A stretch of DNA of 64,000 nucleotides from an uncultured Lachnospiraceae bacterium. Its GTDB lineage: Bacteria; Bacillota; Clostridia; Lachnospirales; Lachnospiraceae. The translations under genes were made by a program, and so were the position numbers. How positions within the stretch are numbered: position 1 is the stretch's first letter; each line of letters begins with the position of its first letter. The notes beneath the pieces were generated by a model. It searched no databases. It worked only from the letters and a program-made list of their open reading frames with translations, and was not told where the DNA came from. The stretch covers positions 28,727 through 92,726 of the forward strand of contig CAYOWU010000004.1 of the NCBI GenBank assembly GCA_964407765.1, written 5' to 3'. Positions 26,690 through 36,234 of this stretch are shown piece by piece.

Positions 26690-28540
26690 ATGTGCGGAAT
26701 TTCCGGTTTTTATAACTCGCAGACAGATTATGGAGCGCAGGCGCCCAAATGGCGGCGCGTTTTGGACGGCATGAACCAGGCGCAGAAGAGAAGGGGGCCG
26801 GACGACGAAGGGACTTTCCTGGAGGGCTCCTGCGGCCTGGGGCACGTGCGCTTGGAAATCATTGATTTAGTGACCGGCCAGCAGCCCATGGCGCGAAAAG
26901 CCCAGGGCCGGACGTGCGCCGTCAGCTTCAATGGCGAGATTTATAATATGAAGGAACTAAGGAGACAGCTTCAAAAAGAAGGGGCAGCGTTCAAGACATC
27001 CAGCGACACGGAAGTTATCCTGCTGGGATATATGCGCCACGGCAGGGACTTTGTCAAAAAGCTCAACGGGATTTTCGCCATTGCCCTGTGGGATTCCGCC
27101 GCAGGGGAGCTCTATCTGTTTCGGGATCGGCTGGGCGTAAAGCCGCTGTTTTATACGGTGATCGATGGGACGCTGGTTTTCGCCTCGGAAATCAAGGGCC
27201 TGCTGGCCTATCCGGGCGTGCGGCCGATGCTGGATCAGGACGGCCTGTGTGAAATCTTCGCTCTGGGCCCGGCCAAATCTTACGGGAAGGGCGTTTTCAA
27301 AGACATCCAGGAAGCGCTTCCCGGCCACTGCCTCATCTGCGGGAAAAACGGCTGCCGCCAGGAAGCTTACTGGCGGCTTGAGAGCCGGCCCCACGAGGAT
27401 TCCATGGAGGAAACCGTGGAGAAAACCGCCTGGCTGGTGGAGGATGCGGTGAAAATGCAGATGCTCTCCGACATTCCCATCAGCGCCTTTCTCTCCGGCG
27501 GCGTGGACAGCAGCCTGGTGACGGCCATCTGCGCGAAGGAGCTGAAAAAGCAGGGGAAAGCCTTAAACACTTTTTCCTTTGATTTCGTGGATAACGACAA
27601 ATATTTCCGGGCCAATTCCTTCCAGCCCAGCCAGGATCGGCCCTATGTGGAAAAAATGATCGCTTACGCGAAAACCAGCCACCGTTTCCTGGAATGCAGC
27701 AATGAGAACCAGCTGGGCTGTCTGTACCGGGCGGTGGACGCCCGGGATCTGCCCTGTATGGCGGACGTAGAGTCCTCGATGCTTTACTTTTGCTCCAAGG
27801 TAAAAGCTTACAACAAGGTGACGCTGACCGGCGAGTGCGCTGATGAGATTTTCGGAGGCTATCCCTGGTTCCACGATCCCAAAGCCTTTGCGACCCATGC
27901 ATTCCCCTGGTCCATGAGCCAGAAACCCCGGCAGGCTCTTTTGACGGCGGATTTGATCCAGAGCCTTCCCATGGAGGAATACGCCCGCGCCGCTTACGAA
28001 AAGACCATAAGCGAAACGCCCCTTCTTGTGGAAGATACGCCTCAGGAGAAAAGACGCAGGGAGATCGCCTATCTGAACCTGCGCTGGTTTATGGCGACCC
28101 TTCTGGACCGGATGGACCGTACCAGCATGTACAACGGCCTGGAAGCTAGGGTGCCCCTGGCCGACCACCGTATCGTGGAGTACGTCTTCAACGTGCCCTG
28201 GGAAATGAAATGCCCTGACGGCGTGGTCAAAGGCCTTCTGCGCCGGGCGGGCGAGCGGCTTCTGCCCAGCGATGTGCTCTGGAGAAAGAAAAGCCCCTAC
28301 CCGAAGACCTACGACCCCTCCTACGAAAAAATGCTGGGCGACCAGCTAAAAGAAACCCTGTCCCAGCCGTCGGCGCCCATCCGCGTCTTACTGGACGCCA
28401 AAAAAGTGCGCACATTTCTTGATAGCCCCTCCGATTATGGAAAGCCCTGGTACGGCCAGCTGATGGCCGGACCCCAGATGCTGGCTTATATGCTGCAGGT
28501 GAATTACTGGCTGGAGAAGTACCGGGTGCAGATTCTTTAG
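26690..28540 (+). CDS. asnB: Asparagine synthase (glutamine-hydrolysing)
   Basis: MCGI Ntn start, RRGPD, FNGEIYN, FLSGGVDSS, TGECADEIFGGY and LEARVP motifs. Confidence 0.95.
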   Translation: MCGISGFYNSQTDYGAQAPKWRRVLDGMNQAQKRRGPDDEGTFLEGSCGLGHVRLEIIDLVTGQQPMARKAQGRTCAVSFNGEIYNMKELRRQLQKEGAAFKTSSDTEVILLGYMRHGRDFVKKLNGIFAIALWDSAAGELYLFRDRLGVKPLFYTVIDGTLVFASEIKGLLAYPGVRPMLDQDGLCEIFALGPAKSYGKGVFKDIQEALPGHCLICGKNGCRQEAYWRLESRPHEDSMEETVEKTAWLVEDAVKMQMLSDIPISAFLSGGVDSSLVTAICAKELKKQGKALNTFSFDFVDNDKYFRANSFQPSQDRPYVEKMIAYAKTSHRFLECSNENQLGCLYRAVDARDLPCMADVESSMLYFCSKVKAYNKVTLTGECADEIFGGYPWFHDPKAFATHAFPWSMSQKPRQALLTADLIQSLPMEEYARAAYEKTISETPLLVEDTPQEKRRREIAYLNLRWFMATLLDRMDRTSMYNGLEARVPLADHRIVEYVFNVPWEMKCPDGVVKGLLRRAGERLLPSDVLWRKKSPYPKTYDPSYEKMLGDQLKETLSQPSAPIRVLLDAKKVRTFLDSPSDYGKPWYGQLMAGPQMLAYMLQVNYWLEKYRVQIL

Positions 28541-28614
28541 AAATAATATTTCCGATGTTCTTTTGCGGGAGTTTGTGGTATAGTAGGAATCAGAACTTAA
28601 GTCCTTATGCATTT

Positions 28615-28762
28615 TATAGGCGATTGCGTAACTCTTTTCAATTATCACGAGTCTGGTCAAAATAAACAAAACGGAGCTCAAAACCGTTTTGAATTCGCTC
28701 CTTATTTGTCTATTTTGCCCAAACTCTGGTTATTGAAATTGGGCGTTTCGCAATTACCTATC
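28615..28762. mobile_element. ~148-bp long-hairpin (MITE/REPIN-like) element in the Uma2 leader
   Basis: Nested inverted repeats ATAGGCGATTGCG/CGCAATTACCTAT, TTTCAAT/ATTGAAA, CAAAATAAACAAA/TTTGTCTATTTTG, GGAGC/GCTCC and TCAAAAC/GTTTTGA; flanked by direct repeat ATGCATTT (28607-28614 and 28763-28770). Confidence 0.65.
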
Positions 28763-28791
28763 ATGCATTTTACAGGGAAAGGAGGCGCGCC

Positions 28792-29340
28792 ATGGCCCTG
28801 GCACAGGAAAAGGAAGCGTCTAAACAGTATACCATAGAGGACATCTACACCCTTGGCGACGGAAAAAGGGCGGAGCTTTTGGACGGGCGGATTTACTTTA
28901 TGGCGCCGCCGTCGGTGCGGCATCAAGAGATTTCCGCCTATCTGCACAACGAGATCTATAATTATGTAAAGTCCAAAAAAGGAAAATGCCGGGCCTATGC
29001 CGCGCCCTTTGCGGTCTTTCTGGAAAAGGACGGCAGGACTTACGTGGAGCCGGATCTCTCGGTCATCTGCGATCTGAATAAACTGGACGACAGAGGCTGC
29101 CATGGCGCGCCGGATTGGGTGATCGAGATCGTTTCGCTGGCCAGCCGAACCATGGATTATTATCGCAAGCTGATCCGCTACAGCGCCGCCGGGGTGCGGG
29201 AATATTGGATCGTGGACCCGGAAAAGGAGCGCACGATGGTCTATAATTTTGAAAAAGAAATGACCGGGGAGTATCCGTTTTCAGAGCCGGCGCCGGCGGG
29301 CATTTACGAAGATTTAGCCATTCGATTGGATGAAATATAA
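28792..29340 (+). CDS. Uma2 (DUF820) family PD-(D/E)XK endonuclease-like protein
   Basis: MAPPSVRHQ, EPDLSVICD, GAPDWVIEIVS and AGVREYWIVDP motifs. Confidence 0.92.
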   Translation: MALAQEKEASKQYTIEDIYTLGDGKRAELLDGRIYFMAPPSVRHQEISAYLHNEIYNYVKSKKGKCRAYAAPFAVFLEKDGRTYVEPDLSVICDLNKLDDRGCHGAPDWVIEIVSLASRTMDYYRKLIRYSAAGVREYWIVDPEKERTMVYNFEKEMTGEYPFSEPAPAGIYEDLAIRLDEI

Positions 29341-29418
29341 GAATTTCTTTTATTTTTCCATCTTTTTTGGTATAATAACAAAGAATTAAATGGACCTTTA
29401 GTTTAGGAGGAACAGATT

Positions 29419-29802
29419 ATGGCAGAAAAAAGGAATACCTACAAAATACACGAAAACAGTGACAATGGAGATGTGCAGATTGCGGACAGCGTAGTCGCCA
29501 TTATTGCGGGCCTGGCGGCTACGGAGGTCAAAGGCGTCGCGTCCATGGCAGGGAATATTACCAACGAGCTGGTTGCCAGGCTGGGGATGAAGAATTTATC
29601 CAAAGGCGTGAAAGTAGATGTGCTGGAGGGCGTGGTCACGGTGGCGCTGAACTTGAACATCGAATACGGGTACAATATATACGAAACCAGCAGGACGGTG
29701 CAGGAAAAGGTGAAATCTGCCATTGAGAACATGACCGGCCTAAGCGTGGCGGATGTGAACATCCGGATTGCGGGCGTGGTGATGGAGCCAAAAGAGGGAT
29801 AA
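29419..29802 (+). CDS. Asp23/Gls24 family envelope stress protein
   Basis: VQIADSVVAIIAGLAATEVKGV...VKSAIENMTGLSVADVNIRI; sits before nusB. Confidence 0.93.
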   Translation: MAEKRNTYKIHENSDNGDVQIADSVVAIIAGLAATEVKGVASMAGNITNELVARLGMKNLSKGVKVDVLEGVVTVALNLNIEYGYNIYETSRTVQEKVKSAIENMTGLSVADVNIRIAGVVMEPKEG

Positions 29803-29823
29803 GGAATCGGACAGGAGGAATGC

Positions 29824-30243
29824 ATGGGGAGAAGAGGGTTAAGAGAGCAGATATTCAAGCTCCTTTTTATGAGCGAGTTTCATCCCAGGGAAGAGCTGGG
29901 GGAGCAGGTGAGCCTCTATTTGGAAGAGACAGAACCGCTGCAGGAGGCCGACGCGGAATATGTGCGGAAAAAATATGCGTCTGTGCGGGAGAAGACCGAG
30001 GAGATTGACGCGCTGTTAAACGGCATCGCCAAGGGATGGAAAACCAGCCGCATGGGCAAGGCGGACTTGAACATTTTGCGCCTGGCCGTTTACGAGATTC
30101 GCTATGACCCGGACGTGCCGGAAAAGGTGGCGGCCAACGAGGCGGTGGAAATCGCCAAGAGATACGGCGGGGAGGAATCGGCTTCTTTCGTCAACGGACT
30201 TTTGGGAAGAGTCATCCGGTCCGGCAAAGAAGAAAAGGCATGA
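29824..30243 (+). CDS. nusB: Transcription antitermination factor NusB
   Basis: RRGLREQIFKLLF, DLNILRLAVYEI and NEAVEIAKRYG...FVNGLL motifs. Confidence 0.96.
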   Translation: MGRRGLREQIFKLLFMSEFHPREELGEQVSLYLEETEPLQEADAEYVRKKYASVREKTEEIDALLNGIAKGWKTSRMGKADLNILRLAVYEIRYDPDVPEKVAANEAVEIAKRYGGEESASFVNGLLGRVIRSGKEEKA

Positions 30244-31460
30244 GCGCCATCTATTCGGTAAAGCAGATTAACGCGTATATCAAAAATATGTTTACCCAGG
30301 ACTATTTGCTTCGGAACATATCGGTGAGCGGAGAGGCGTCCAATTGCAAATACCACACATCCGGGCATATTTATTTTTCCCTGAAAGATGAAAGCGGGGC
30401 CATTGCGTGCGTCATGTTTGCCGGGCAGCGCAAAGGTCTGGCTTTTTCTATGAAAGACGGGGACAAAGTTGTGGTGGACGGGAGTGTGGACGTGTACCAG
30501 CGGGACGGACGCTACCAGCTGTACGCCAGAAAAATCACCCTGGCCGGGGCCGGGCTTTTATACCAGCGGTTTCTGGCCCTGAAGGCGCAGCTGGAGGAAA
30601 TGGGCATGTTTGCCCCGGAATACAAGCAGCCCATTCCCCGTTTCATCCGAACCCTGGGCGTGGTCACGGCTCCCACCGGCGCGGCCATACAGGATATCCG
30701 AAACATCGCGTCCCGGAGAAATCCGTACGTGCAGATCATCCTCTATCCGGCGCTGGTGCAGGGAGAGGGCGCAAAAGAGAGCATTGTGCGGGGGATTCAG
30801 GCGCTGGAAAGTCTGGGCGTGGACGCAATGATCGTGGGCCGGGGCGGCGGCTCCATCGAAGATCTTTGGGCCTTTAACGAAGAAGAGGTGGCACGGGCCG
30901 TTTTTAACTGCACGGTTCCGATCATTTCCGCGGTGGGCCATGAGACGGACACGACGATTATAGACTATGTGGCTGATCTGCGGGCCCCCACGCCGTCGGC
31001 GGCGGCCGAGCTGGCGGTGTACGATTACCGGGCCTTTCAGGAAACGCTGCTGGGATACCGCCAGATGTTTCAGGAGAAGATGGGAAACCGCCTGCGCCTG
31101 ATGGAAGAGCGGCTGCGCCAGTACCGGATGCGGCTGGGCTACTTAAGCCCCCAGAGCCAGATTCGCGAGAAACGGCAGTATCTGGCCGACATGGAGCTGC
31201 GGCTGCGGGCCTTTATGGAGCGTCAGCTTGGACAGGCGAAAAACGACCTGGGCATCTATGTGGAACGGCTAAAGGGCCTGTCGCCTCTGGACAAGTTAAA
31301 GCAGGGGCTTTCCTACGGCGTGGATGCCCAGGGCAAACCGTTGGTGAGCATATCTCAGGTGCGGCCAGAAGACACAGTGACCTTGCAGGTCAGCGATGGG
31401 ACGATTCAGGCGCAGGTGACGGAAGTGAAGTCTGTGGACTGGAAGCGAGAAAGCGAATAA
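30240..31460 (+). CDS. xseA: Exodeoxyribonuclease VII large subunit
   Basis: SGHIYFSLKD, VTAPTGAAIQD, GRGGGSIEDLWAFN, SAVGHETD and RAPTPSAAAE motifs. Confidence 0.97.
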   Translation: MSAIYSVKQINAYIKNMFTQDYLLRNISVSGEASNCKYHTSGHIYFSLKDESGAIACVMFAGQRKGLAFSMKDGDKVVVDGSVDVYQRDGRYQLYARKITLAGAGLLYQRFLALKAQLEEMGMFAPEYKQPIPRFIRTLGVVTAPTGAAIQDIRNIASRRNPYVQIILYPALVQGEGAKESIVRGIQALESLGVDAMIVGRGGGSIEDLWAFNEEEVARAVFNCTVPIISAVGHETDTTIIDYVADLRAPTPSAAAELAVYDYRAFQETLLGYRQMFQEKMGNRLRLMEERLRQYRMRLGYLSPQSQIREKRQYLADMELRLRAFMERQLGQAKNDLGIYVERLKGLSPLDKLKQGLSYGVDAQGKPLVSISQVRPEDTVTLQVSDGTIQAQVTEVKSVDWKRESE

Positions 31461-31473
31461 GGGAGTTTTAAGT

Positions 31474-31707
31474 ATGCAAGAGCAGGAAAAAAAGGAATCC
31501 ATGGCGGAAGCCATGACTTTGGAGGAGGCGTTCAGGCTTTTGGATGGGGTGGCAGAGCGGCTGGAGAGCCGGGAAATTACCCTGGAGGAGTCTTTTAAGG
31601 TTTACCAGACAGGCATGAATCTTTTAAAAACGTGCAACGAGAAAATCGACCGGGTGGAAAAGAAGATGCTGATGATGGACGAGGATGGAGGCTTTTGTGA
31701 ATTTTGA
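31474..31707 (+). CDS. xseB: Exodeoxyribonuclease VII small subunit
   Basis: TLEEAFRLLDGVAERLESREITLEESFKVYQTGM motif; follows xseA. Confidence 0.93.
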   Translation: MQEQEKKESMAEAMTLEEAFRLLDGVAERLESREITLEESFKVYQTGMNLLKTCNEKIDRVEKKMLMMDEDGGFCEF

Positions 31708-32584
31708 GGAAATACTGGAAGAAAAAATAGAGGAAGCCAATTGGCGCATCCGCAAATATCTGCCCCGGGAGGATGGATTCGCCGGGAAGCTGGCCCAGGC
31801 CATGAATTACGCCATGGGCTCCGGCGGAAAACGCCTGCGCCCGCTGATTTTGCAGGAGTCGTACGCCATGTTCGGGGGCCGCGAAACAGAGGCAGAGCCT
31901 TTCATGGCGGCGCTGGAGATGATCCACACCCATTCACTGATCCACGACGACCTTCCGGCGCTGGATGACGATGATTACCGCCGGGGAAAAAAAGCCACCC
32001 ATGTGGCATACGGAGAAGCTTTCGGAATCTTAGCCGGGGACGCGCTTTTGAACTATGCCTACGAAGTGGCGCTGCACAGCTTTGATCTGCCTGGCGATCC
32101 GGCGCGAAAGGCGCTGGCCCTGCAGATTTTGGCGGCTAAAAGCGGGCTGTACGGAATGCTGGGCGGCCAGAGCGTGGACGTGGACTGGGAGGGCCGTCGG
32201 ATGGACAAGGAGACGCTGCAGGGCGTTTACCTTCAGAAAACCGCCGCGCTTTTAGAGGCCGCTTTCATGATCGGCGCCATCCTGGCCGGGGCCGGCGCAG
32301 ACCAGATAAAGGCCATGGAGCAGGCCGGACGAAATGTGGGGCTGGCCTTCCAGATTCAGGACGACATCCTGGACGTGACAGGCTCTTTGGAAGAACTGGG
32401 AAAACCAGCCCACAGCGACGAGAAAAATAATAAGTCTACATACGTGACGCTGTACGGCATGGAAGAGGCCGCGCGGCAGGTGAAGGCCCTATCCGGCCAG
32501 GCGGTGGACGCGCTTTTTGCTCTGGCGCCCGAAAAGGATTTCCTGCCCCGGCTGATTCAATGGCTGATGACCCGAAAAAAATAA
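31697..32584 (+). CDS. ispA: Farnesyl diphosphate synthase / geranyltranstransferase
   Basis: GGKRLRP, SLIHDDLPALDDDDYRRG, FQIQDDILD and DEKNNKSTY motifs. Confidence 0.95.
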   Translation: MNFEEILEEKIEEANWRIRKYLPREDGFAGKLAQAMNYAMGSGGKRLRPLILQESYAMFGGRETEAEPFMAALEMIHTHSLIHDDLPALDDDDYRRGKKATHVAYGEAFGILAGDALLNYAYEVALHSFDLPGDPARKALALQILAAKSGLYGMLGGQSVDVDWEGRRMDKETLQGVYLQKTAALLEAAFMIGAILAGAGADQIKAMEQAGRNVGLAFQIQDDILDVTGSLEELGKPAHSDEKNNKSTYVTLYGMEEAARQVKALSGQAVDALFALAPEKDFLPRLIQWLMTRKK

Positions 32585-32641
32585 TTTAAACCTGCATACC
32601 GCCTGTTTGGCGGCGGACTTTTATAGTAAGGAAGCGATACC

Positions 32642-34501
32642 GTGATATTAGAAAAAATCCAAAAGCCCAACGATATACAGAAAATACCTCTCGAGGAGTT
32701 TCCCAGGCTGGCCGGGGAGATCCGCATGTTTTTGATCGAGCATATCAGCAAGACCGGAGGGCACTTGGCCTCCAATCTGGGGGCTGTGGAGCTGACCATG
32801 GCCCTGCACAACGTGTTTCATCTGCCGGAGGACAAGATCATTTGGGACGTGGGCCATCAGGCGTACACCCACAAAATCCTTACCGGGCGCAAAGAGGAAT
32901 TTTCCAGACTGCGGCAGATGGGGGGAATCAGCGGCTTTCCCAAGCGCAGCGAAAGCCCCTGCGATTCTTTTGACACTGGCCACAGTTCCACGTCCATTTC
33001 CGCCGGCCTCGGTTATGTGCGGGCCAGGGATCTGCAAAAGCAGTCCTATTACGTGGCGTCTGTCATCGGCGATGGGGCGCTGACCGGAGGGATGGCCTAT
33101 GAGGCCATGAACAACGCAGCGGAGTTAAAGAAAAACTTCATTATCGTGCTCAACGACAACAAGATGTCCATCTCCCCCAACGTGGGGGGCATCTCCACTT
33201 ATCTGGGCAACCTGCGCACGGCGGAATCCTACTGCGGCCTGAAGTTAAGTGTGCGCAAAAATTTAAAAAAGATACCCCGCGTCGGGGAAGCCATGGTGGA
33301 GGCGGTGCATAAGACCAAGACCGGAATCAAGCAGCTTTTGATTCCCGGCATGCTTTTTGAAAACATGGGGCTGACTTACTTAGGACCGGTGAACGGGCAC
33401 AATGCCCGGCAAATGATGAAGCTGTTAAATGAAGCCAAGCGGGTGGAAGGCCCGGTGATTGTCCATGTGCTGACGGAAAAGGGCTGGGGATATGAGCCGG
33501 CCATGCGCTACCCGTCCAAATTCCACGGCACGGCTCCTTTTGAAATTGCCACAGGCGCGTTAAAAAGCAAGCCAGAGAAGGTGGCCTACACGGATGTTTT
33601 TTCTTCTGCCTTATGTAAATTGGGCAGTAAGGATTCCCGGATTGTGGCCGTGACCGCCGCCATGCCCGCCGGAACCGGGCTGAACCGTTTTGCCAGCTTG
33701 TTTCCGCGGCGTTTCTTCGACGTGGGAATTGCCGAAGCCCATGCGGTAACCTTTGCCGCCGGATTGGCCCTGGGCGGGCTGCTTCCCGTGGTGGCTATTT
33801 ACTCGTCCTTTTTGCAGCGGGCTTTTGACCAGCTTTTGCACGACGTGTGCATGCAGAGTCTTCACGTGGTCTTCGCCATCGACCGGGCCGGCCTGGTGGG
33901 AAGCGACGGGGAGACGCACCACGGATGTTTTGATTTCAGTTATCTGTCCCTGATGCCCAACATGACGGTGATGGCGCCGAAAAATAAATGGGAGCTGTCG
34001 GACATGTTAAAGTTCGCCCTGGATCAGCCGGGTCCGGTGGCGGTGCGCTATCCCAGAGGGGAAGCCTGTGACGGCCTGGAGGAATATCGGGAGCCCTTGA
34101 AGCTGGGAAAAAGCGAATGGCTGGTCCACGGAACAAAACTGGCGATTCTGGCTGTCGGCAGCATGGTAATGGCCGGGGAGCAGGTCCGGGCGGCCCTGCA
34201 GGCGGAGGGCATGAATCCCAGCCTGGTGAACATGCGCTTTGTAAAGCCGCTGGACACGGACCGGCTGGACGAGCTGGCGCAAGATCATGAGACATTCGTC
34301 ACTTTGGAAGAGAACGTGCTGTCCGGCGGGATGGGGGAGAAGATTTGTTCCTATGTAAACGCCCATCATCCTAAGGTGCGGGTGATTTCCATCGGCATTC
34401 CCGACCAGTTTGTGGGACACGGAAGCGTAAGCCAGTTGAAAAAGCAGATGCATTTGGACGCGGAGGGGATTGTCTCTGCGATTCGGGAGAGGTTGGTTTG
34501 A
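32642..34501 (+). CDS. dxs: 1-deoxy-D-xylulose-5-phosphate synthase
   Basis: GGHLASNLGAVEL, WDVGHQAY, GDGALTGGMAYEAMN and DVGIAEAHAV motifs. Confidence 0.98.
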   Translation: MILEKIQKPNDIQKIPLEEFPRLAGEIRMFLIEHISKTGGHLASNLGAVELTMALHNVFHLPEDKIIWDVGHQAYTHKILTGRKEEFSRLRQMGGISGFPKRSESPCDSFDTGHSSTSISAGLGYVRARDLQKQSYYVASVIGDGALTGGMAYEAMNNAAELKKNFIIVLNDNKMSISPNVGGISTYLGNLRTAESYCGLKLSVRKNLKKIPRVGEAMVEAVHKTKTGIKQLLIPGMLFENMGLTYLGPVNGHNARQMMKLLNEAKRVEGPVIVHVLTEKGWGYEPAMRYPSKFHGTAPFEIATGALKSKPEKVAYTDVFSSALCKLGSKDSRIVAVTAAMPAGTGLNRFASLFPRRFFDVGIAEAHAVTFAAGLALGGLLPVVAIYSSFLQRAFDQLLHDVCMQSLHVVFAIDRAGLVGSDGETHHGCFDFSYLSLMPNMTVMAPKNKWELSDMLKFALDQPGPVAVRYPRGEACDGLEEYREPLKLGKSEWLVHGTKLAILAVGSMVMAGEQVRAALQAEGMNPSLVNMRFVKPLDTDRLDELAQDHETFVTLEENVLSGGMGEKICSYVNAHHPKVRVISIGIPDQFVGHGSVSQLKKQMHLDAEGIVSAIRERLV

Positions 34502-35307
34502 TGAAAGAGCGGTTGGATGTATTGCTGGTGCAGCGGAATCTGGCTGCGTCCAGGGAGAAGGCGAAAGCGGTAATCATGTCCGGCAATGTGTACGTGCAGG
34601 GGCAAAAGGAAGATAAGGCGGGAGCCATGTTCCCCAGCACAGTGGACATCGAAGTTCGGGGAAAGCCGCTTCCTTACGTGAGCCGCGGCGGACTGAAGCT
34701 TGAAAAAGCCATGAAGAGCTTTCCCATTTCGCTTGCGGGAAAGGTCTGCATGGACGTGGGCGCGTCCACCGGCGGGTTCACCGACTGTATGCTGCAAAAC
34801 GGGGCAGCGAAGGTTTTCGCCGTGGACGTAGGCCATGGACAGCTGGACTGGAAGCTGCGCCAGGATCAGCGGGTGGTGTGCATGGAAAAAACCAACATCC
34901 GCTATGTCACAAACGAAGATATCGGGGAGCGGATCGCTTTTGCCTCCATCGACGTGTCGTTTATTTCCCTGGAAAAAGTATTGGGTCCGGTGCGGGCATT
35001 GATGGACGAAGGCGGGCAGGCGGTCTGTCTGATCAAGCCCCAGTTCGAGGCGGGGCGCGGCCAGGTGGGGAAAAAAGGCGTGGTTCGGGACCCGTCCGTA
35101 CACTGGGAAGTCATCCGAAATGTCTTATCCTATGCCGCCGCGTCCGGGTTTGTTCCGAAAGGGCTTGATTTTTCCCCGGTGAAAGGCCCGGAAGGAAACA
35201 TCGAATATCTGCTGTATCTGCACGTGACGGACGTTTTGGCGGAGGCGGATTTTTTGGAAAAAAAGGCGCAGGCGGTTGTGGAGGCGGCCCATCGGGCGCT
35301 GGATTAG
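34501..35307 (+). CDS. tlyA: TlyA family rRNA methyltransferase
   Basis: S4 domain, YVSRGGLKL, DVGASTGGFTD, LIKPQFE and GPEGNIEYL motifs. Confidence 0.96.
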   Translation: MKERLDVLLVQRNLAASREKAKAVIMSGNVYVQGQKEDKAGAMFPSTVDIEVRGKPLPYVSRGGLKLEKAMKSFPISLAGKVCMDVGASTGGFTDCMLQNGAAKVFAVDVGHGQLDWKLRQDQRVVCMEKTNIRYVTNEDIGERIAFASIDVSFISLEKVLGPVRALMDEGGQAVCLIKPQFEAGRGQVGKKGVVRDPSVHWEVIRNVLSYAAASGFVPKGLDFSPVKGPEGNIEYLLYLHVTDVLAEADFLEKKAQAVVEAAHRALD

Positions 35308-35319
35308 GATAACAGAAAA

Positions 35320-36183
35320 ATGGACAGGTTTTATATTATAACCAACGGAGAAAAGGACAAGGACATGCAGGTGACGCGGCAGATCGCCGCCTACTTGGAA
35401 GAGCGCGGATGCCATTGCGGCGTGCAGATGTTTTCCCCGAAGCGCATGGAAGGCCCTTACCGCTATACCGACCCCGGGCGGATACCCCCGGACGCCCAGT
35501 GCATCATTGTGCTGGGCGGTGACGGCACGCTTTTGCAGGCGGCAAGGGACGTGGTGAACACCGGGATTCCGCTTTTTGGGGTAAACATGGGAACGCTGGG
35601 ATATCTGGCGGAAGTGGACAGGCATGGAATTTTCCCGGCGCTGGATAAGCTTTTGCAGGACGATTATGAGATTGAGCGGCGGATGATGCTGAAAGGAACC
35701 GTCTATCACGAAGGCGAGGCGGCCGGACGGGGGATCGCCTTAAACGACATCGTAATCGGCCGGGAAGGGCCGCTTCGGGTCATCTGTCTGCGCAATTACG
35801 TAAACGGCGAATATCTGAATGAATATAAGGCGGACGGGGTGATTGTGGCCACGCCCACAGGCTCTACCGGGTACAGCCTGTCCGCCGGCGGACCCATCGT
35901 GGCGCCGGAAGCGTGCATGACGGTGATCACGCCGCTGGCGCCCCACACCTTAAATTCCAGGAGCATTATATTGCCGGCGGAGGATGTGATTACGGTGGAA
36001 ATCGGCCAGGGGCGCCGCCAGGTCCGTGAGTCGGCGCTGGCCACCTTCGACGGGGACGCTTCGGTTTCCATGACCACCGGGGACCGGATTGTGATTGAGA
36101 AGGCCAGGGCCAGCATCCAGATCGTGAAAATGAGCGATCTAAGCTTTGTGGAGGTTTTGCGGCGGAAGATGAGCGGCCAGTGA
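35320..36183 (+). CDS. nadK: NAD(+) kinase
   Basis: LGGDGTLL, GVNMGTLGYL, LNDIVI and DGVIVATPTGSTGYSLSAGGP motifs. Confidence 0.96.
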   Translation: MDRFYIITNGEKDKDMQVTRQIAAYLEERGCHCGVQMFSPKRMEGPYRYTDPGRIPPDAQCIIVLGGDGTLLQAARDVVNTGIPLFGVNMGTLGYLAEVDRHGIFPALDKLLQDDYEIERRMMLKGTVYHEGEAAGRGIALNDIVIGREGPLRVICLRNYVNGEYLNEYKADGVIVATPTGSTGYSLSAGGPIVAPEACMTVITPLAPHTLNSRSIILPAEDVITVEIGQGRRQVRESALATFDGDASVSMTTGDRIVIEKARASIQIVKMSDLSFVEVLRRKMSGQ

Positions 36184-36234
36184 CGGCCCCATTGGCTCCA
36201 TGGCGGCGTGGGCAAAAGGAGAAAGAAGGCAGAC

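Noticed and set aside
28615-28762. Long hairpin as 6S RNA or a self-cleaving ribozyme
   Set aside because: No central bubble or conserved 6S, twister, hammerhead, pistol or hatchet core was recognised; the flanking duplication and second copy favour a repeat. An Infernal scan is still needed.
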